Positions 1 through 13,631 of a stretch of DNA of 64,000 nucleotides are shown in pieces (within the stretch, counting starts at the first letter, position 1; each line of letters starts with the position of its first letter). The stretch lies in NCBI RefSeq assembly GCF_009914755.1, contig NC_060931.1; one strand, written 5' to 3'. Both the position numbers and the translations under genes were made by a program. Under the pieces are notes generated by a model. It saw only the letters and a program-made list of their open reading frames with translations. It was not told the origin of the DNA and did no database searches. Source of the DNA: the human T2T-CHM13v2.0 reference genome, Homo sapiens.

Positions 1-221
1 AAAGTGGCAGATAACCTAAAGGTAGTTTCCTATAAAGTTTGCTCTCTCTTTTCTAGAGGAATGTGAGATTTCTATTCCACTTTTGCTTCTGCTGCACACG
101 ACCATAACACCTCTGAACGGATAAAAATGCTACAGCTAAAAATATTCTTGACATCAGAACAATTAAAATGATACTTCAGTGACTAAATCATCTTAGATTT
201 GACTTTATAAAAGCTACATAC

Positions 222-269
222 CTTTCCATATGCAGGTCTTTCTTATTCCCAACCAACATAATAGGTATT
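222..269 (-). CDS. RHEB: RHEB coding exon 6 (48 nt; QIPIMLVGNKKDLHME-R); gene continues beyond the left edge
   Basis: TAG acceptor, GTATGT donor; G4 motif NKKD; intron 5 is only 107 bp (270-376). Confidence 0.98.
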
Positions 270-376
270 CTATTTATAAGAAAAAAAAGACAAACCAGTA
301 AGTGCCAGATTGTATTGCTCAGAAGATACTATTAAAAGAAGTTTCTCTAACAAGCAGATAAAATGGTACTACTTAC

Positions 377-433
377 TGTACTTTCCCCACCATATCCAAC
401 AATTTGCCATGGATAACTTTAATCACTTCAAAA
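377..433 (-). CDS. RHEB: RHEB coding exon 5 (57 nt; SFEVIKVIHGKLLDMVGKV-Q)
   Basis: TAG acceptor, GTAAGT donor; phase consistent with exons 4 and 6. Confidence 0.98.
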
Positions 434-1039
434 CTATAAAACAAAAAGTATAAATTAGACATCCATTTTAATGTTGAAGTTTTTAAATGTATGTTATGTT
501 GCCAGCTGGAAAAATGTAAAATGTCACAGACTCACCATTTTAACATAACATAAAATGAACACAAAGAACTCTTGTTTTTTCCTAGCAATCCATTCACATG
601 TGCATACATCTGACACTCAGCAACCCTGACTGAGGATATTCAAAGTGAAACAGGTAAGGCATTCAAACGGAAAGCCTACCACTGGGCTGAGAAACCACAT
701 AAATGCAAATTTTAATCACCCAACTCATTCAGCAAAGAACCAACTGTTTACATTACAACTTGAACAGCTTTTCCTAGAGTGCCCTAGTACATTCAGCCTG
801 CTCCTGTGTTCTTTCCTAGGTACATACATTCTCTGGGTGATGCCAGTATCTCTTGGCTTTCAATCAGATCAATGAGCCGATGACTCTAGGATGGAGGTGG
901 CTCTCACCGGGAAGGGGATCTGAGATGTCATAATGATCACTTGAAATCTGCCACAGCAGGATTATTTATACCACTGACTGCTGGCAAATGGCCACAAATC
1001 ATTTTCCACCCTCCCCCAAAAAACCCATGCAAACATCTG

Positions 1040-1610
1040 CCAGCACATCACTGGCTCTACTTTCAAATCCTACCTAGAATCTGACGGCTTCTCACTCCCC
1101 TCCACTGCTGCCGCTGAGGTGTGAATTCCTGGCCCAAGTCTGCCTGCATCAGTTCCACAGCCCCAACCCTTCCCCGCCACCCCTGCTCAGCACAGCAACC
1201 AGAGGACTCTGCTGCAGCAGATGGACGGTGCCTGGTTCAACATCCTCTGATGGGTGGCCATCTTTACTCGGCCCCAGTGACTCTCAAGCCGCAAACTTCT
1301 GACCTCGTGATCCGCCTGCCTCGGCCTCCCAAAGTGCTGGGATTACAGGCGTGAGCCACCACACCCAGCCTCAAATGTCACTTCTTACACCTCTTCTGTT
1401 TACCCTAAATGACAAATTTCCTTTCCATTTCTTACCCCTTCCGTACTTTATTTTTCTTGGCAGCATGGTCACAGACATCCTATCTCGCATGTGTGTCGTT
1501 TTACTGTTTGTCTCCCACACCAGAAATAATAGGTCCGCAAGGGCAGGGATTTGTCTGCTTTGTTCATGATTGCATCACAAGCTTCAGAATAAGTTAGCTT
1601 GTTGAATGAA
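1040..1610 (+). mobile_element. L2 3' fragment containing a short Alu 5' remnant (1293-1370, minus strand)
   Basis: gggcagggatttgtctg..ttgttca...gttgaatgaat L2 end; Alu cctcccaaagtgctgggattacaggcgtgagccacc. Confidence 0.6.
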
Positions 1611-1854
1611 TTACACACTGTGCTATTTTAAACGATGTGTGCTGTCATTTGATAAAAACAAAAATGAAATTTAACCCCCCTACAAGCTCGCTGTGGGTCA
1701 ACAAATGGGATATGGGTGTCCTAAGGACCTGCGGTTGCATTACAGAACCACGGTTTCCTCTGCATGCTGTATTTGCCTATCTTTAAAAGTGTCGCCACTT
1801 GGGCAAAAATACAGTACCCTGTCACGTGAGAAACAGCTGAAAGAACTAGGACTG

Positions 1855-2354
1855 TGTGGCAGGCAGCTTGGAGCCGGCTCCCAGATCTCCTGCTCTCCTA
1901 GTGGCCACACTGTGTGTCATCTCCCTGCATGGACCTAGTGACGTGCGTCTAATGAACAGAATATGGCAAAGGTGATGGAATGTCCCTTTTGCGGTTAGGT
2001 TATAAAAGACAGTGGCTTGTCATGCAGGAAATTCCCTGGCTCTCTTGTGCACCTGCCCCAATGAAGTGAAGCACCTGGCAAGGAGCAGAGGGCAGCCTCA
2101 GGCCAGCGGCCAGCAAGGAACTAAGAAGCTCAGTCCAACAACTTGCAAGAAACTCAACCCTGTCAAGAGCCACGTGAACACGCTGGGAAACATCTTCCCC
2201 CAGGCAAGCCTTCAGATGGGACTGCAGCCCCTGCTGATACCCACACTGTGGCTCTGAGAGACTGAAGCAGAGGACACAGCTAGGCCACACCCAGATTCCT
2301 GACCCACAAAAACTGTGAGATCATAAATGTGTACTGTTCTAAGTGGCTAAATTT
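1855..2354 (+). mobile_element. MLT1 (E/F-like) MaLR LTR, 3'-truncated
   Basis: tgtggcaggcag start; cagcaaggaact..agctcagtcc; cagattcctgacccaca.aaactgtgaga..ataaatg. Confidence 0.8.
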
Positions 2355-2370
2355 CTTGAGATCACTGATT

Positions 2371-2549
2371 TTCTGAATCAAACTGGTTGATTCGGAAAGT
2401 TTTACTGACGTATTTCTTGGATATTCATAAATATTTGTGTATTCAGCATACAGATTTCTAAAAAACAAAACACCACTCTTCTCATACTCCCTCATGTCTC
2501 AAATTTGAGAATGCTGATTAAACTACGAGCTACTAGAAAAAAAAGGCAT
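2371..2549 (+). repeat. Copy 1 of a local ~180-bp direct duplication
   Basis: Aligns to 3660-3835 (aaactggttgattc.gaaagtttttactgac...aaaaacaaaacaccactcttctca...ggcat). Confidence 0.92.
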
Positions 2550-3003
2550 TATTTAAAACAGCCCCATTTGTTCCCAAACCCACTTATGCCAGTTAAATTC
2601 ATCATAGTCATAATTTATGTTGCAAACTTTTGAAGTATGTGTAGACAGAGTTTTGTTTGTCTGAAAACTAGAAGTTGAATACTGTGAGTTGATCTACTAA
2701 AAACGGTGCTCCTTAATAAGGTGTGCCAAACCAACTGAAAAAGACTGGTGGGGAAAATCACAGCAATCTAAATAGTTGAGGTGTAGACTGTTTCCCAAGC
2801 ATCTCACTCGGAAGAAACCGAACCAGAAGTCATAATGGACAAATCGTGGATGTAGTCATACTGAACAGCAGTGGGTGAACTCATATTCAAAGATGACAAT
2901 TTGAAAATTTCACAAGATGAGTGACTGAATGTATATTTATGCTTTAAAACAAAACACTGGAGATTGACATCACCTTTCCGATTTTTTTTCCCTTTAACCA
3001 GTG

Positions 3004-3307
3004 TTGTTTTTTTGTTTTTTTTTGAGACACAGCCTTGCTTTGTCGCTCAGGCTGAAGTGCAATGGCATGATTTCAGCTCATGATACAGTCTCCGCCTCCC
3101 AGGTTCAAGAGATTCTCCTGCCTCAGCCTCCCGAGCAGCTGGGATTACAGGCACCCGCCACCACACCCGGGTAATTTTTGTATTTTTAGTAGAGATGAGG
3201 TTTCACCATGTTGGCCAGGCTGGTCTCGAACTCCTGACCTCAAATGATCTGCCCACTTCGGCCTCCCAAAGTATTGGGATTACAGGTGTGGGCCACTGCG
3301 CCTGGCC
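3004..3307 (-). mobile_element. AluS
   Basis: Full antisense Alu. Confidence 0.92.
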
Positions 3308-3659
3308 CTTAACTAATGTTTTAAAGTAAGTAACCCGGCTGCCTCAGATAGGAGAGATCTACTCCTATATCAATATACCCAATTTACAGGCGACAAAGGT
3401 ACTGTGAAGTAACTTGTCCAAAGTTGTTAGTGGGGATAAATGAAAACCCAAATCTCACATCTCTCAACTGCAGGTTTCTTTTTTCCATTTCTAGAAATTA
3501 TGAAATAGGATGTATTTTCGCTTTATTTACTCAGAAAGAGCAATTCTACAGGGGTTTTATGATATAAAGGAATAATGTGAGACTTCTGTTTTATTTCACA
3601 AACAATGAAAATGGTTATTATTTAGATAGAGGTTAAATTCAATAAAAAGGATTAGACAA

Positions 3660-3835
3660 TTCTGATCAACAAACTGGTTGATTCAGAAAGTTTTACTGAC
3701 ATATTTCTTGTATATTCATAAATATTTGTGTATTCAGCATATAGGTTTCTAAAAAACAAAACACCACTCTTCTCACACTCATGTTTGAGATTTGAGAATG
3801 CTCATTAAACTATGAGTTACTAAGGTAAAAGGCAT
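3660..3835 (+). repeat. Copy 2 of a local ~180-bp direct duplication
   Basis: Aligns to 2371-2549 at roughly 85-90% identity by eye. Confidence 0.92.
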
Positions 3836-5101
3836 ATAACAAAAGAAAACACACCCATTTTAGTAAGGAGAAACTTGGTCAAAACTTGCAACAGTGCCAC
3901 TGAGAAGACACAGTACCAAGCTTTTTGTCCTCTGCTTTGCACTAGGCCAGTGTTTTCTCAAATACATAAGGTCCTTGGTGAGCACACTTTCATATTTTTA
4001 ATCCAGCTCAATGTATTTTTCAGTTTCCCCAGTGGCACATGCTATGTTTTCAACTTGATTCTATAATGTCATCTAATTTGTGCACACCAAAAAAGAGACT
4101 TAAAAAAAATCAGTGGATGCACTAAGAAAATTTTCTACCTACTACTTTAATGCCTCAAAGTAACAATTTGTAAAGTAACACCAACACTGTTTTCTAAAAA
4201 TCAGCTAGGATAAAATTGTACTTACCAACAACAAAACAATCTTTGAATCATGTTTTTCAAGTAAATTAGTAAAATAATGGAAATTCATAAACAAACATGA
4301 ACTTCCAACATTCATTAGATTATTGGTACACTAAATTTGTTCTGGACAAGGCCTTACACGTGGCAGTATATACATTTTAAAAATATACAACTGAAATTAA
4401 AAAAATCTTTGTATAAAAATGGCCAATAGTTTTACTATTTAAAGTGCTCTTATAAGTCAGTAAGAAAATGATCATGTTTCCAAATACTAAGTACACAGTG
4501 GTTTTAAGCATAAAATCCAATCCAAGCATTGCTTTCAGTGACAATATAAATAAATACATTAAACAGGAAGAGAGATATCCATCTATCATTGAACATGAAA
4601 TATTATAAAGCCATTTACTATTTCAAATACTAGGTAATATGGAAAAATATATATTACATGGTAAGTAAAAATATAAAAACATGGAAAATATAAACCATAA
4701 AACAGCATTCAGAGAGCAAATAAAAGGATGTTAAAACAATCCATGCAGACTAAAACAAAGACCAGAAAAAACATATACCAAGATATTAACAGTATCTATG
4801 CTTAGGTAATTAGATTAAGAATGATTACCCTCACTTTCTATTTTTCACAGTTCCTCAATTTTCCTTAAGGAACACATAATTCTGGTACTTGGTTTTGATT
4901 CAGGTGTAAACTTTCTCGGGGATTGACAGTATGGGGTCTGTTTATAAGAATGGCCGAGAATGGTACTCAAACATTTTATAGCTAGAACTCAACACCCTAA
5001 AGTATGTTTCTCTGCCACGGAGAAAAATGTTAAACAACACACTCACAGAGCAGCAGACTGAATTTTCACTGGCAGTGGAGTATGTGGGGGTAAGGAACCC
5101 A

Positions 5102-5270
5102 GACACTGGCCAACATGGCAGCCTCCAGCCACATGTGGCTACTGAGCACCTGAAATGGGGCTACTGTAACCGAGGGAGGCTTAATTTTCCATTTTTAGTT
5201 AAACAGCCACCTGCAGCACAGAGAGCAAACACTTCTATCACCGCAGTAAGTTCTATTGGACAGTGTCAGC
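5102..5270. mobile_element. MER3-like hAT fragment followed by MIR
   Basis: agccacatgtggctactgagcac.tgaaatg...aagttctattggacag. Confidence 0.6.
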
Positions 5271-6159
5271 CTTGACTGTGGAACTGGAGAGATGGCTATG
5301 AATCCCAGCAATGTCATTATGTAGCCCTGGGCAAGCTGCTTTAGGTCTCTGTCACTCAGTTTCTTTCCACGTAAAGTGGGATATAAAACATCTCTGATGA
5401 AGGATTAAGGTAATGATGAAATAAGTAATGTATCATATGTAGGCAAAGAGAGTAGCAAACTCCCTAACATGTCGCACACACTCAATAGATGCTACGTAGC
5501 CACCAAACGCCCTCCACTGGCACTGATATTTTCATAAAGTCTTCAAACATAAGCTGTCACCAATGCCCAGAGCTCCGCTGCTGTATACAGCCAGCTGTTC
5601 TGTTAACAGACACAGACCACTGCTCCTCCTGATAATACATGCCATCCCCCGATAAGAGGAGACATGAAATACGTAGCTAGAGGAACCGATATCCATTCTT
5701 ATTAATAAAAATAGTGGCTTTGTTTTTATGTAGTAAAGTCAGACTCTATTACCAAAAGGTCTTATTTCATAAATTCAAAGGATAAGATACTGAACAAACC
5801 CAAACCCCCACATTTTATTAGAAAGTCTATTTCACCTTAATATGGTAAAAACACACACAAAGTAAAATTAATTTAGGCATTTCCCATTTCAATTAGCAGA
5901 AAAGCTTAGATCATGCTGAACCACTGTTTTTCTAGGTAGCTTGAGGTAAGAAAGAGCCTTTTATCCTATTGGTGTAACTAACAGAACATCTAGTGGGCCA
6001 TGTTTCCCAGCAATCCAGTTGCTCCAAGAGAAAATCACTAAAAAACATGTAGCCTAATAATTCTAATTGTCACTATTAATAATTCCAGCACAGTCCCTTA
6101 AAAGGATCAATGTTATCTATGAGTAGCAAATCAACTCAAGCAGGCAGCAGGAGTCTTAC

Positions 6160-6242
6160 CTTTTGATTGATGTAACAGAATACACAAGAATATAGCCATT
6201 AATATCTATGGAGTATGTCTGAGGAAAGATAGAATATTCATC
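6160..6242 (-). CDS. RHEB: RHEB coding exon 4 (83 nt; DEYSIFPQTYSIDINGYILVYSVTSIK-S)
   Basis: CAG acceptor, GTAAGA donor; translation matches RHEB. Confidence 0.99.
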
Positions 6243-6737
6243 CTGTGGGGAAAAAAAATTATCTTTGAGTAGTCTTCATATAGCATCACAAACAAACTTT
6301 ACCCAAAGTTTTTCATGTATTACCTGAAGAAATCAAAGTAGACGCAGAGTGGATTACAATATTATGCCAGAAACAGCCTACAAAGTGAAGCTTTAAGAAT
6401 GGCCTGGAGGTGATAATGTGGTTCAAGCCAATATTTAAAAATGACTAGCTGTTCTAGAACTTTAGGGGAAAGTCTGATGACCTTCATAATTTCTGGGAGA
6501 AGAGGATGGATGGAACACAAAAATCATTGGCTCTGTGATCTCAAAACAAGGGATGAGCATCACTAACTCCAGAACCTTCTAGACCTCAGGACATTTATAA
6601 ATCCTGCTGATTTATCCCATAAATCTGTATTTTTATATTTGAAACTGGCATATTATTTGATTTATTCTCTGCATGTCAGTCACAATGACCTGAGCTTCAG
6701 TCTACAGGTTGCTAGAGGGGTGCCATCAGCATCTGAA

Positions 6738-6800
6738 GGAGAGAGGGAGAGAGGGAGGGAGGTGGGGGAGAGAGAGAGAAACAGAGAAAGAGAAAAGAGG
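6738..6800 (+). repeat. GA-rich low-complexity tract
   Basis: ggagagagggagagagggagggag...gagagagagagaa. Confidence 0.8.
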
Positions 6801-7467
6801 ATCAAAACACCAGGTTCAATTGAGGTATTCAGACTTTTGGGGACCAAGAGAGTTATTTACTGAGCAACTCTAGGAATTAAAGAGAAAGGTACCTATTACG
6901 CAACAGCACAGTAGTCTTTAGTTTTATAAAGCAGCGTTATGACACTTTGCTTTATATACGTATTAAAGCATACAGAAAGTTCTGATGTCAGTGCAGTTTT
7001 CAACAGCACGCGCCACTGTCTGGTACGAACGTTTCATTCTTAGTTGAAACTAAATTGTCAACATAACACATGTCCTAAGCACTATTATGGAAAAATCACA
7101 TCATGGTACCAGAAGATTAAGCAGCAGTCTATTATTTTTGTAAACTTATAGTATGGTTATAACCACTGTTTATGACAGCCCAGAATTACTGCCCTATGAT
7201 AAAGTTCTTTAAAGAAAAAAAAAAAAAGAAAAGAAAAATTAAGTTTTATTATAAATTCTTTGATATAATAAATAAGATTAAAAACAAAATCCCAAATGAT
7301 TTTAATCACTAGCTCAGCTAGAGTAGGTTCAAAGTTAAAATTCTGTTTTCCCTAAAGGGAAACTGTGGAAACATAGAAAAAAGAAGTTATGTCTAAGAAG
7401 CACTGAGTAAAAAACTACCAGTTAGAAGGTATAATGGAGGAAAGAGCCCCCAGCTGATATAATTCTG

Positions 7468-7882
<415 letters not shown>

Positions 7883-8227
7883 TAATAGCAATTGGGAGGG
7901 CAGCTGAGTAGAAATCATAAAGCTCTCATAAGTAATACTGTACTGGCTCACAAACAGAACAGACTGAAAAATCCAGAAAGACCTGACAGATATGAGAATG
8001 AGGTACATGATAATATTGGCATTTCAATCAGTGAGGACCAAAAGTAACCCTCAACTGAGTGTAGGGACAAGCCCAGAGCCACCTGAGGATGAATGGCTAA
8101 GCTGGAACTCCAATTCACACTTTGGCAAAAACATATTCCAGAGGAAGCAAAGATTTAAAGATGAAAACGATGCGTATGATAGATGGGAGAGCTTAAAATA
8201 CATTATCAGTTAAAAAAAGATTAATAA

Positions 8228-8527
8228 GGCCGGGCACAATGGCTCACGTCTGTAATCCCAGCACTTTGGGAGGCCAAGGTGGGCAGATCACAAGGTCAGG
8301 AGATTCATATCATCCTGGCTAACACAGTGAAACCCCGTCTCCACTCAAAATACAAAAAAACTAGCTGGGCGTGGTGGCGGGCGCCTGTAGTCCCAGCTAC
8401 TCAGGAGGCTGAGGCAGGAGAATGGTGTGAACCTGGGTGGCGGAGCTTGCAGTGAGCCGAGATCGCGCCACAGCACTCCAGCCTGGGCGATAGAGCGAGA
8501 CTCCGTCTCAAAAAAAAAAAAAAAAAA
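8228..8527 (+). mobile_element. AluY
   Basis: gcggagcttgcagtgagccgagatcgcgcca; TSD aaaaaaagattaataa. Confidence 0.93.
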
Positions 8528-8529
8528 GA

Positions 8530-9435
8530 TTAATAAATAAATTCAACTATGTGAAAAAGTTCTTCATGGCTGCAAACCCCTCAAATAAAAACCATAAATA
8601 AAAGACAAACTGAAAACAAAACTGTGCATCTCAGATCATATACAAAACGCTAATTTTCTTCACATATCAAGGGGAATCTCACATCAACACGCAAAGACCA
8701 ACCACCCAATAGAAAAAAAATGGCCAAGTACACAGACAGGATAATTCATAGGGGGAAAAATACAAACATCTTCTAACATAGGAAAAATCAAAGCCCCTCC
8801 TAAGAAGAAAAGTGCATTATTAAAAGTACACTGCATTTTTAAAAGTACACTGCTTTTTTTCACCTATCAGATTGGCAAGTACCAAAACGTTTGCTAACAC
8901 ATAGTGCTGGTGAGGGTGTAGGGAAATAGACACTCTCATTCACTGCTGGCAAGAACATGAACTGTAACCCTATGATAGCCCACATCCAGGAAGTTTTCCT
9001 ATGTGCATTATTACCCTATGTCTAAAACAACGTCCGGGATGTTCATTAAGGGACTGCTGATGGTAGCAAGACCAGCAACAGTCTAACTGTTGATCAGCAG
9101 TTAACTTAGGATATATATCCCAACAACTGGATATTACGCAGCCTTGGGGGAAAAGGAGGCCATAGGTATTGATATGGAATAATCTCCAAGAGGGAGATGT
9201 ATTACTTTTTGTGTAAAAAGGAAAAAAAACAAAACAAAACCCAAGCTTAAAACTATATTTGCATATTCATGTATCAAGTATCCTAGAGGCATATACTAGA
9301 AACTGGTAAATGTGGTTGCTGGTGGGGGTGGGGGGTTAGATAGCTAGGGTAGGAACGTCTTAAGTTTTACTATTTACACCTTTTGGCACTATTTATTTTT
9401 GTACCATGCGCATTACACCTATTTTTTAAAAATTA
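8530..9435 (+). mobile_element. Old L1 (L1ME-like) 3' end
   Basis: tttttcacctatcagattggcaa, gtgctggtgagggtgtagggaaa, cactctcat. Confidence 0.65.
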
Positions 9436-9512
9436 AACTCAATTTTCAAAAAAGCAAATTTGGTTACATTATAAGATGGATTGTCATTGAATCAATTTTA
9501 ATTATTATTAAT

Positions 9513-9794
<282 letters not shown>

Positions 9795-9808
9795 ATCTAA
9801 GTTATTAA

Positions 9809-9938
9809 CCCATTTATGCCGGAGGTTGCAAAATTTTTTTTTTCATGAAAAATCAGACCTTGGTGACCTTGAGCAGTAGGATATAAATAACTCCCACAAG
9901 CTTAACGTTCCAATAATGGAACACCAGGCATAAATAGG
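9809..9938 (-). mobile_element. MER85 (piggyBac PGBD3-derived MITE)
   Basis: TTAA TSDs at 9805-9808 and 9939-9942; TIRs CCCATTTATGCC/GGCATAAATAGG; internal palindrome GTTCCAATAATGGAAC 9907-9922. Confidence 0.93.
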
Positions 9939-11087
9939 TTAATATAGAAGAGGCTACTTTTTTTTTTTTTTGATACTTCACATTCTTACCCCAAAATTCA
10001 TTTAGGGTATATGTTCTCACCCTAAAATTGGGCAAAACCAAAATATTTCATGCAATCTAAAAATAATCTGTATTTAACCATGTTCATCATCATTCCTAGG
10101 TGGGCAATTAAACCACTATTAAACCATAGTGGTATGGATGTACCGACATAAACTACTAAGTAGAAAATAGAACTTGCTAACAAATACCGCTATGCAGCAA
10201 TTCACTGCGTGCAATTTCACTCCTGAAATGTGGAAGCCAGTGAACAAATTTACTATAGATTACTTTTAAAAGAATTTGCCCCTTAATCATTTTACCCTAC
10301 TACTACCAGTCTTAATCCTAGAACCAGCCCCCGTATGCATCCAATTTATAAAGCAGCTCTTGGAGCAGTAAACACCTGAGTTTGTTATCATCCAGTTTTC
10401 AACAGAATGAAGGGTGAAACCACGGCAGGACATGCCTGTGTGCCACCATCCTGAGCTGTAAATAAAGAGCACATCTTTAATTTATTGTCTCTCAACTGTA
10501 AATATAACCTTCAAGAACTACTAGTTGCAATGACTACAAATAATTTAAAGTAGCCAAATTTGGATATATTTTGTGCAAAAATTCTCCAAATACTCTTACC
10601 CAGTTGTAATATAACCCGAAGGGGCAAGACAACAGGGCTGCTAATATGACCACTGCTCTTGTCTTATCTCATATCATATACTCTTCCTAAACACTGGTGC
10701 TTTTGGTTTCACTATTTGTATTACTACATCACTAAAATATTTTAAATTGTTTGATACCTGAGTGTACATTTATGTTCCAGGGCAAAACAGTACCCCAGAG
10801 GAACACATATTCCAACTTGATAAGTAGTCAGTATAAAGAAATTTATTCTTTAGAGAAATCTTTTCAAAGACAGCTCTCCAAGTATTAAGAACATGTGCAC
10901 TTCCACCATGCAGCCTGTCAACACAGTTAATATGCTGGCGTCACACTTGCCTCAGCAGCATTGAAGGTCTACAAAGAAAGAGCACAGCCTCTTTAACCCC
11001 AATGTGACAATCCTGCAACAATGCCAGTTATCACTATTTATAGATAAAGCTCTGAGGCACAGAAAGACTTCTTCACCCTTTTATGTA

Positions 11088-11230
11088 AAGAGATGGGATC
11101 TCGCTGTGTTGCCCAGGCTGGACTGCAGTGGTGCTATCACAGCTCACTGCAACCTCAAACTCCTGGGCTCAAGTGATCCTTCCACCTCCCACAGTGTTGG
11201 GATTAAGGGCATGAGCCACCATGCCCAGCC
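11088..11230 (-). mobile_element. Alu monomer (FRAM/FLAM-like)
   Basis: Single divergent Alu arm. Confidence 0.75.
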
Positions 11231-12263
11231 CTCATTCGCTTCCTTAAGGTTACTGGGTTAGCAACAAAAACCAAGATTCAAATCCAGGCAAGTGTAACCC
11301 CAGGGCCCACACTCCAAACAGTTATGAAATACTGGTTCCCTGAATTGCCTGATACAAAACGTGTTTCCACAGTAACATTACATGAAAGTGATTTATCAAT
11401 TTACATTCTCATCACCAGTTTTCAGGAGCTTAAAGGAGATTCCAAATAAGGATACAAAAGCAAACTGAAGTCTTGATAGTGTCAGAGTCCCACAATAAAC
11501 AGAACAGCTGTATTTCTTTGCCCAGGACATTCTAAGTTACACTGTTGTCCCAACATAATTATTATTAGCACCCCCAGCCCACAACTCTGAAAGTGTCTTG
11601 GTTTAGGCAATAAATTATATAGTCAACTATAAAAGAAAGATACAAAACCCAACAATCCAAAACAATTTCCTACTCAAGCGGCTCTTCCCTTCCCTACTAA
11701 TTTCTAATGAGCCTCGTCATCTGTGCCATGCCCCCGACCCCCTAACAGAGACTTCTACTGCTCCCCTGGTCCATATAAGCCCCAACTCCTATTCTTCTGT
11801 CAAGAGGACAGGTATCAGGGGGTGAAAGCCTAGGATGGCTCTGCTCTAATGAAAGCATCAAGAATCTGACTGCTAAAGCACACTGCATCACCACCAGCAG
11901 GGAGTGTGTAGGGTGAGTGAAGGAGGCACATGCTATAGCTCTGTGTACAAGCTCAAAGAGCCAAACACATTTATTTTCTTCCAAGCTTCCAAAATGGAAA
12001 CCTCAGGGTTCCTCCAATGCTAACATCACTCAATACAGCTATCTTCTTGCTTCACTAAGGCATCACACTTTCCTTCTATGTTTACTTCAAAATGCAAAGC
12101 AGAGGGAATTCATTCCAAACCCACAGGACAGGTCATATTATTCTGGGTCTACTCCAATTTCCCCAGATTCCAGAAAAATAGCCCCCATTTAACACAGCAA
12201 ACCAGATCACACTACACTCACCCTCCTGCTACTCTTATCCTTTGATTATAAGTTGCAAGGGCG

Positions 12264-12544
12264 GGCCAGGCATGGTGGCTCATGCCTGTCATCCTAGCAC
12301 TTTCAGAGGCCGAGGCAGGTGAATCACCTGAGGTCAGGAGTTCGAGACCAGCCAGGCCAATATGGCGAAACCCCGCCTCTACTAAAAATACAAAATTAGC
12401 CGGGTGTGGTGGTGTGCCTGTAATCCCGGCTACTTGGGAGGCTGTGCCAGGAGAATTGCTTTAACTCAGGAGGCACAGGTTGTAGTGGGATAGCACCACT
12501 GCCTTCCAGCCTGGGTGACAGAGCAAGACTCTGTCTCAAAAAAA
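12264..12544 (+). mobile_element. AluS
   Basis: TSD gttgcaagggc. Confidence 0.92.
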
Positions 12545-13284
12545 TGTTGCAAGGGCAGGAGTTAGGAGCTGAAATCCCAGCTTCTTTACATTCCTCACCC
12601 TCCAGTGAAGAAGGGTAAATTCAGTCTTACAGAATAGTTTCTAGTAAAAGCAGGCCTGGATGTCATGGTAATGGGGCAGCTAAGCTGTCAAAAGGGCTTT
12701 TCTTTGTTTCATGTACTCCTTTCCCCCTTGCTTCCAGCCAATTCCCTGGTGATCCATTCCACACATCCCTGCTACATTAACCGACATGTGAATATCCTTT
12801 CTGGGGGGATTATTTGACTTTTGGCCATTATCTACTGTCTATCAAATAAATTGAAACTCCCTAATCTAGTAATCACTCTCAAATCCACCCACCCAGAGAC
12901 TCTACTATATAAACTAAAGCCAACACTCAAACCAGAGCCTGGACTCCAGTCAAACTGGTATTTTATGGCCCAGGTCCTCATAAGATTAAATCAGCTAATT
13001 TCTGCCCTATGCCCCTCTTATGCCTTTCCTCTAGAAAAGATGTACTTTTGCCCTAATGTAGGAGAACACATATCACAAAGAGAAAGAAAGCAACTAATAT
13101 GACTCTCTAATATAGAATTAAAGTTTAGAAAATAGAAAACCACTATCCTGTAATAAGTATTAACCCTTACAATGTTAATATATTTAAAGCAATTCTAAAG
13201 CAGAAAAACAAGTTATTAAAAGATAACTGCCAGAAATGTCTTAGAAAAGACCAAGTAGACAGCATACTAACATTTAGTTATCTG

Positions 13285-13453
13285 TGTAAGCTCCTTGACT
13301 TATGATGGGGTTACATCGTGATAAACCTACTGTAAACCAAAAATATCATGAGTTGAAAATGTATCAAATACCTCAATAGACCCATCGTAAAGATGAGAAA
13401 TTGTTAAGTCGAGCCACTGCAAGCCAAACCATTGGGAGTCAGGGACTGTCTGC
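13285..13453 (+). mobile_element. MER47/Tigger5-like MITE
   Basis: gctccttgacttatgatggggttacatc.tgataaacc...agtcagggactgtctg. Confidence 0.65.
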
Positions 13454-13563
13454 ACACAACCTGAGGGGTTTTCTTGGCATAGCTGGTACTTTTAAAAATC
13501 AGTGCTAGGACCAAGACTGTCAGATATGCTGTATAAGATTCTGAGATACCAGAGGTCACTTAC

Positions 13564-13631
13564 TTGCCCGGCTGTGTCTACAAGTTGAAGATGATATTCT
13601 TGTCCATTTACTGTGATCAACTTTGTAAAAG
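13564..13631 (-). CDS. RHEB: RHEB coding exon 3 (68 nt; TFTKLITVNGQEYHLQLVDTAGQ)
   Basis: Polypyrimidine+TAG acceptor, GTAAGT donor; G3 motif DTAGQ. Confidence 0.99.

Noticed and set aside
8821-8858. 19-bp tandem duplication taaaagtacactgc
   Set aside because: Ordinary slippage within an old L1
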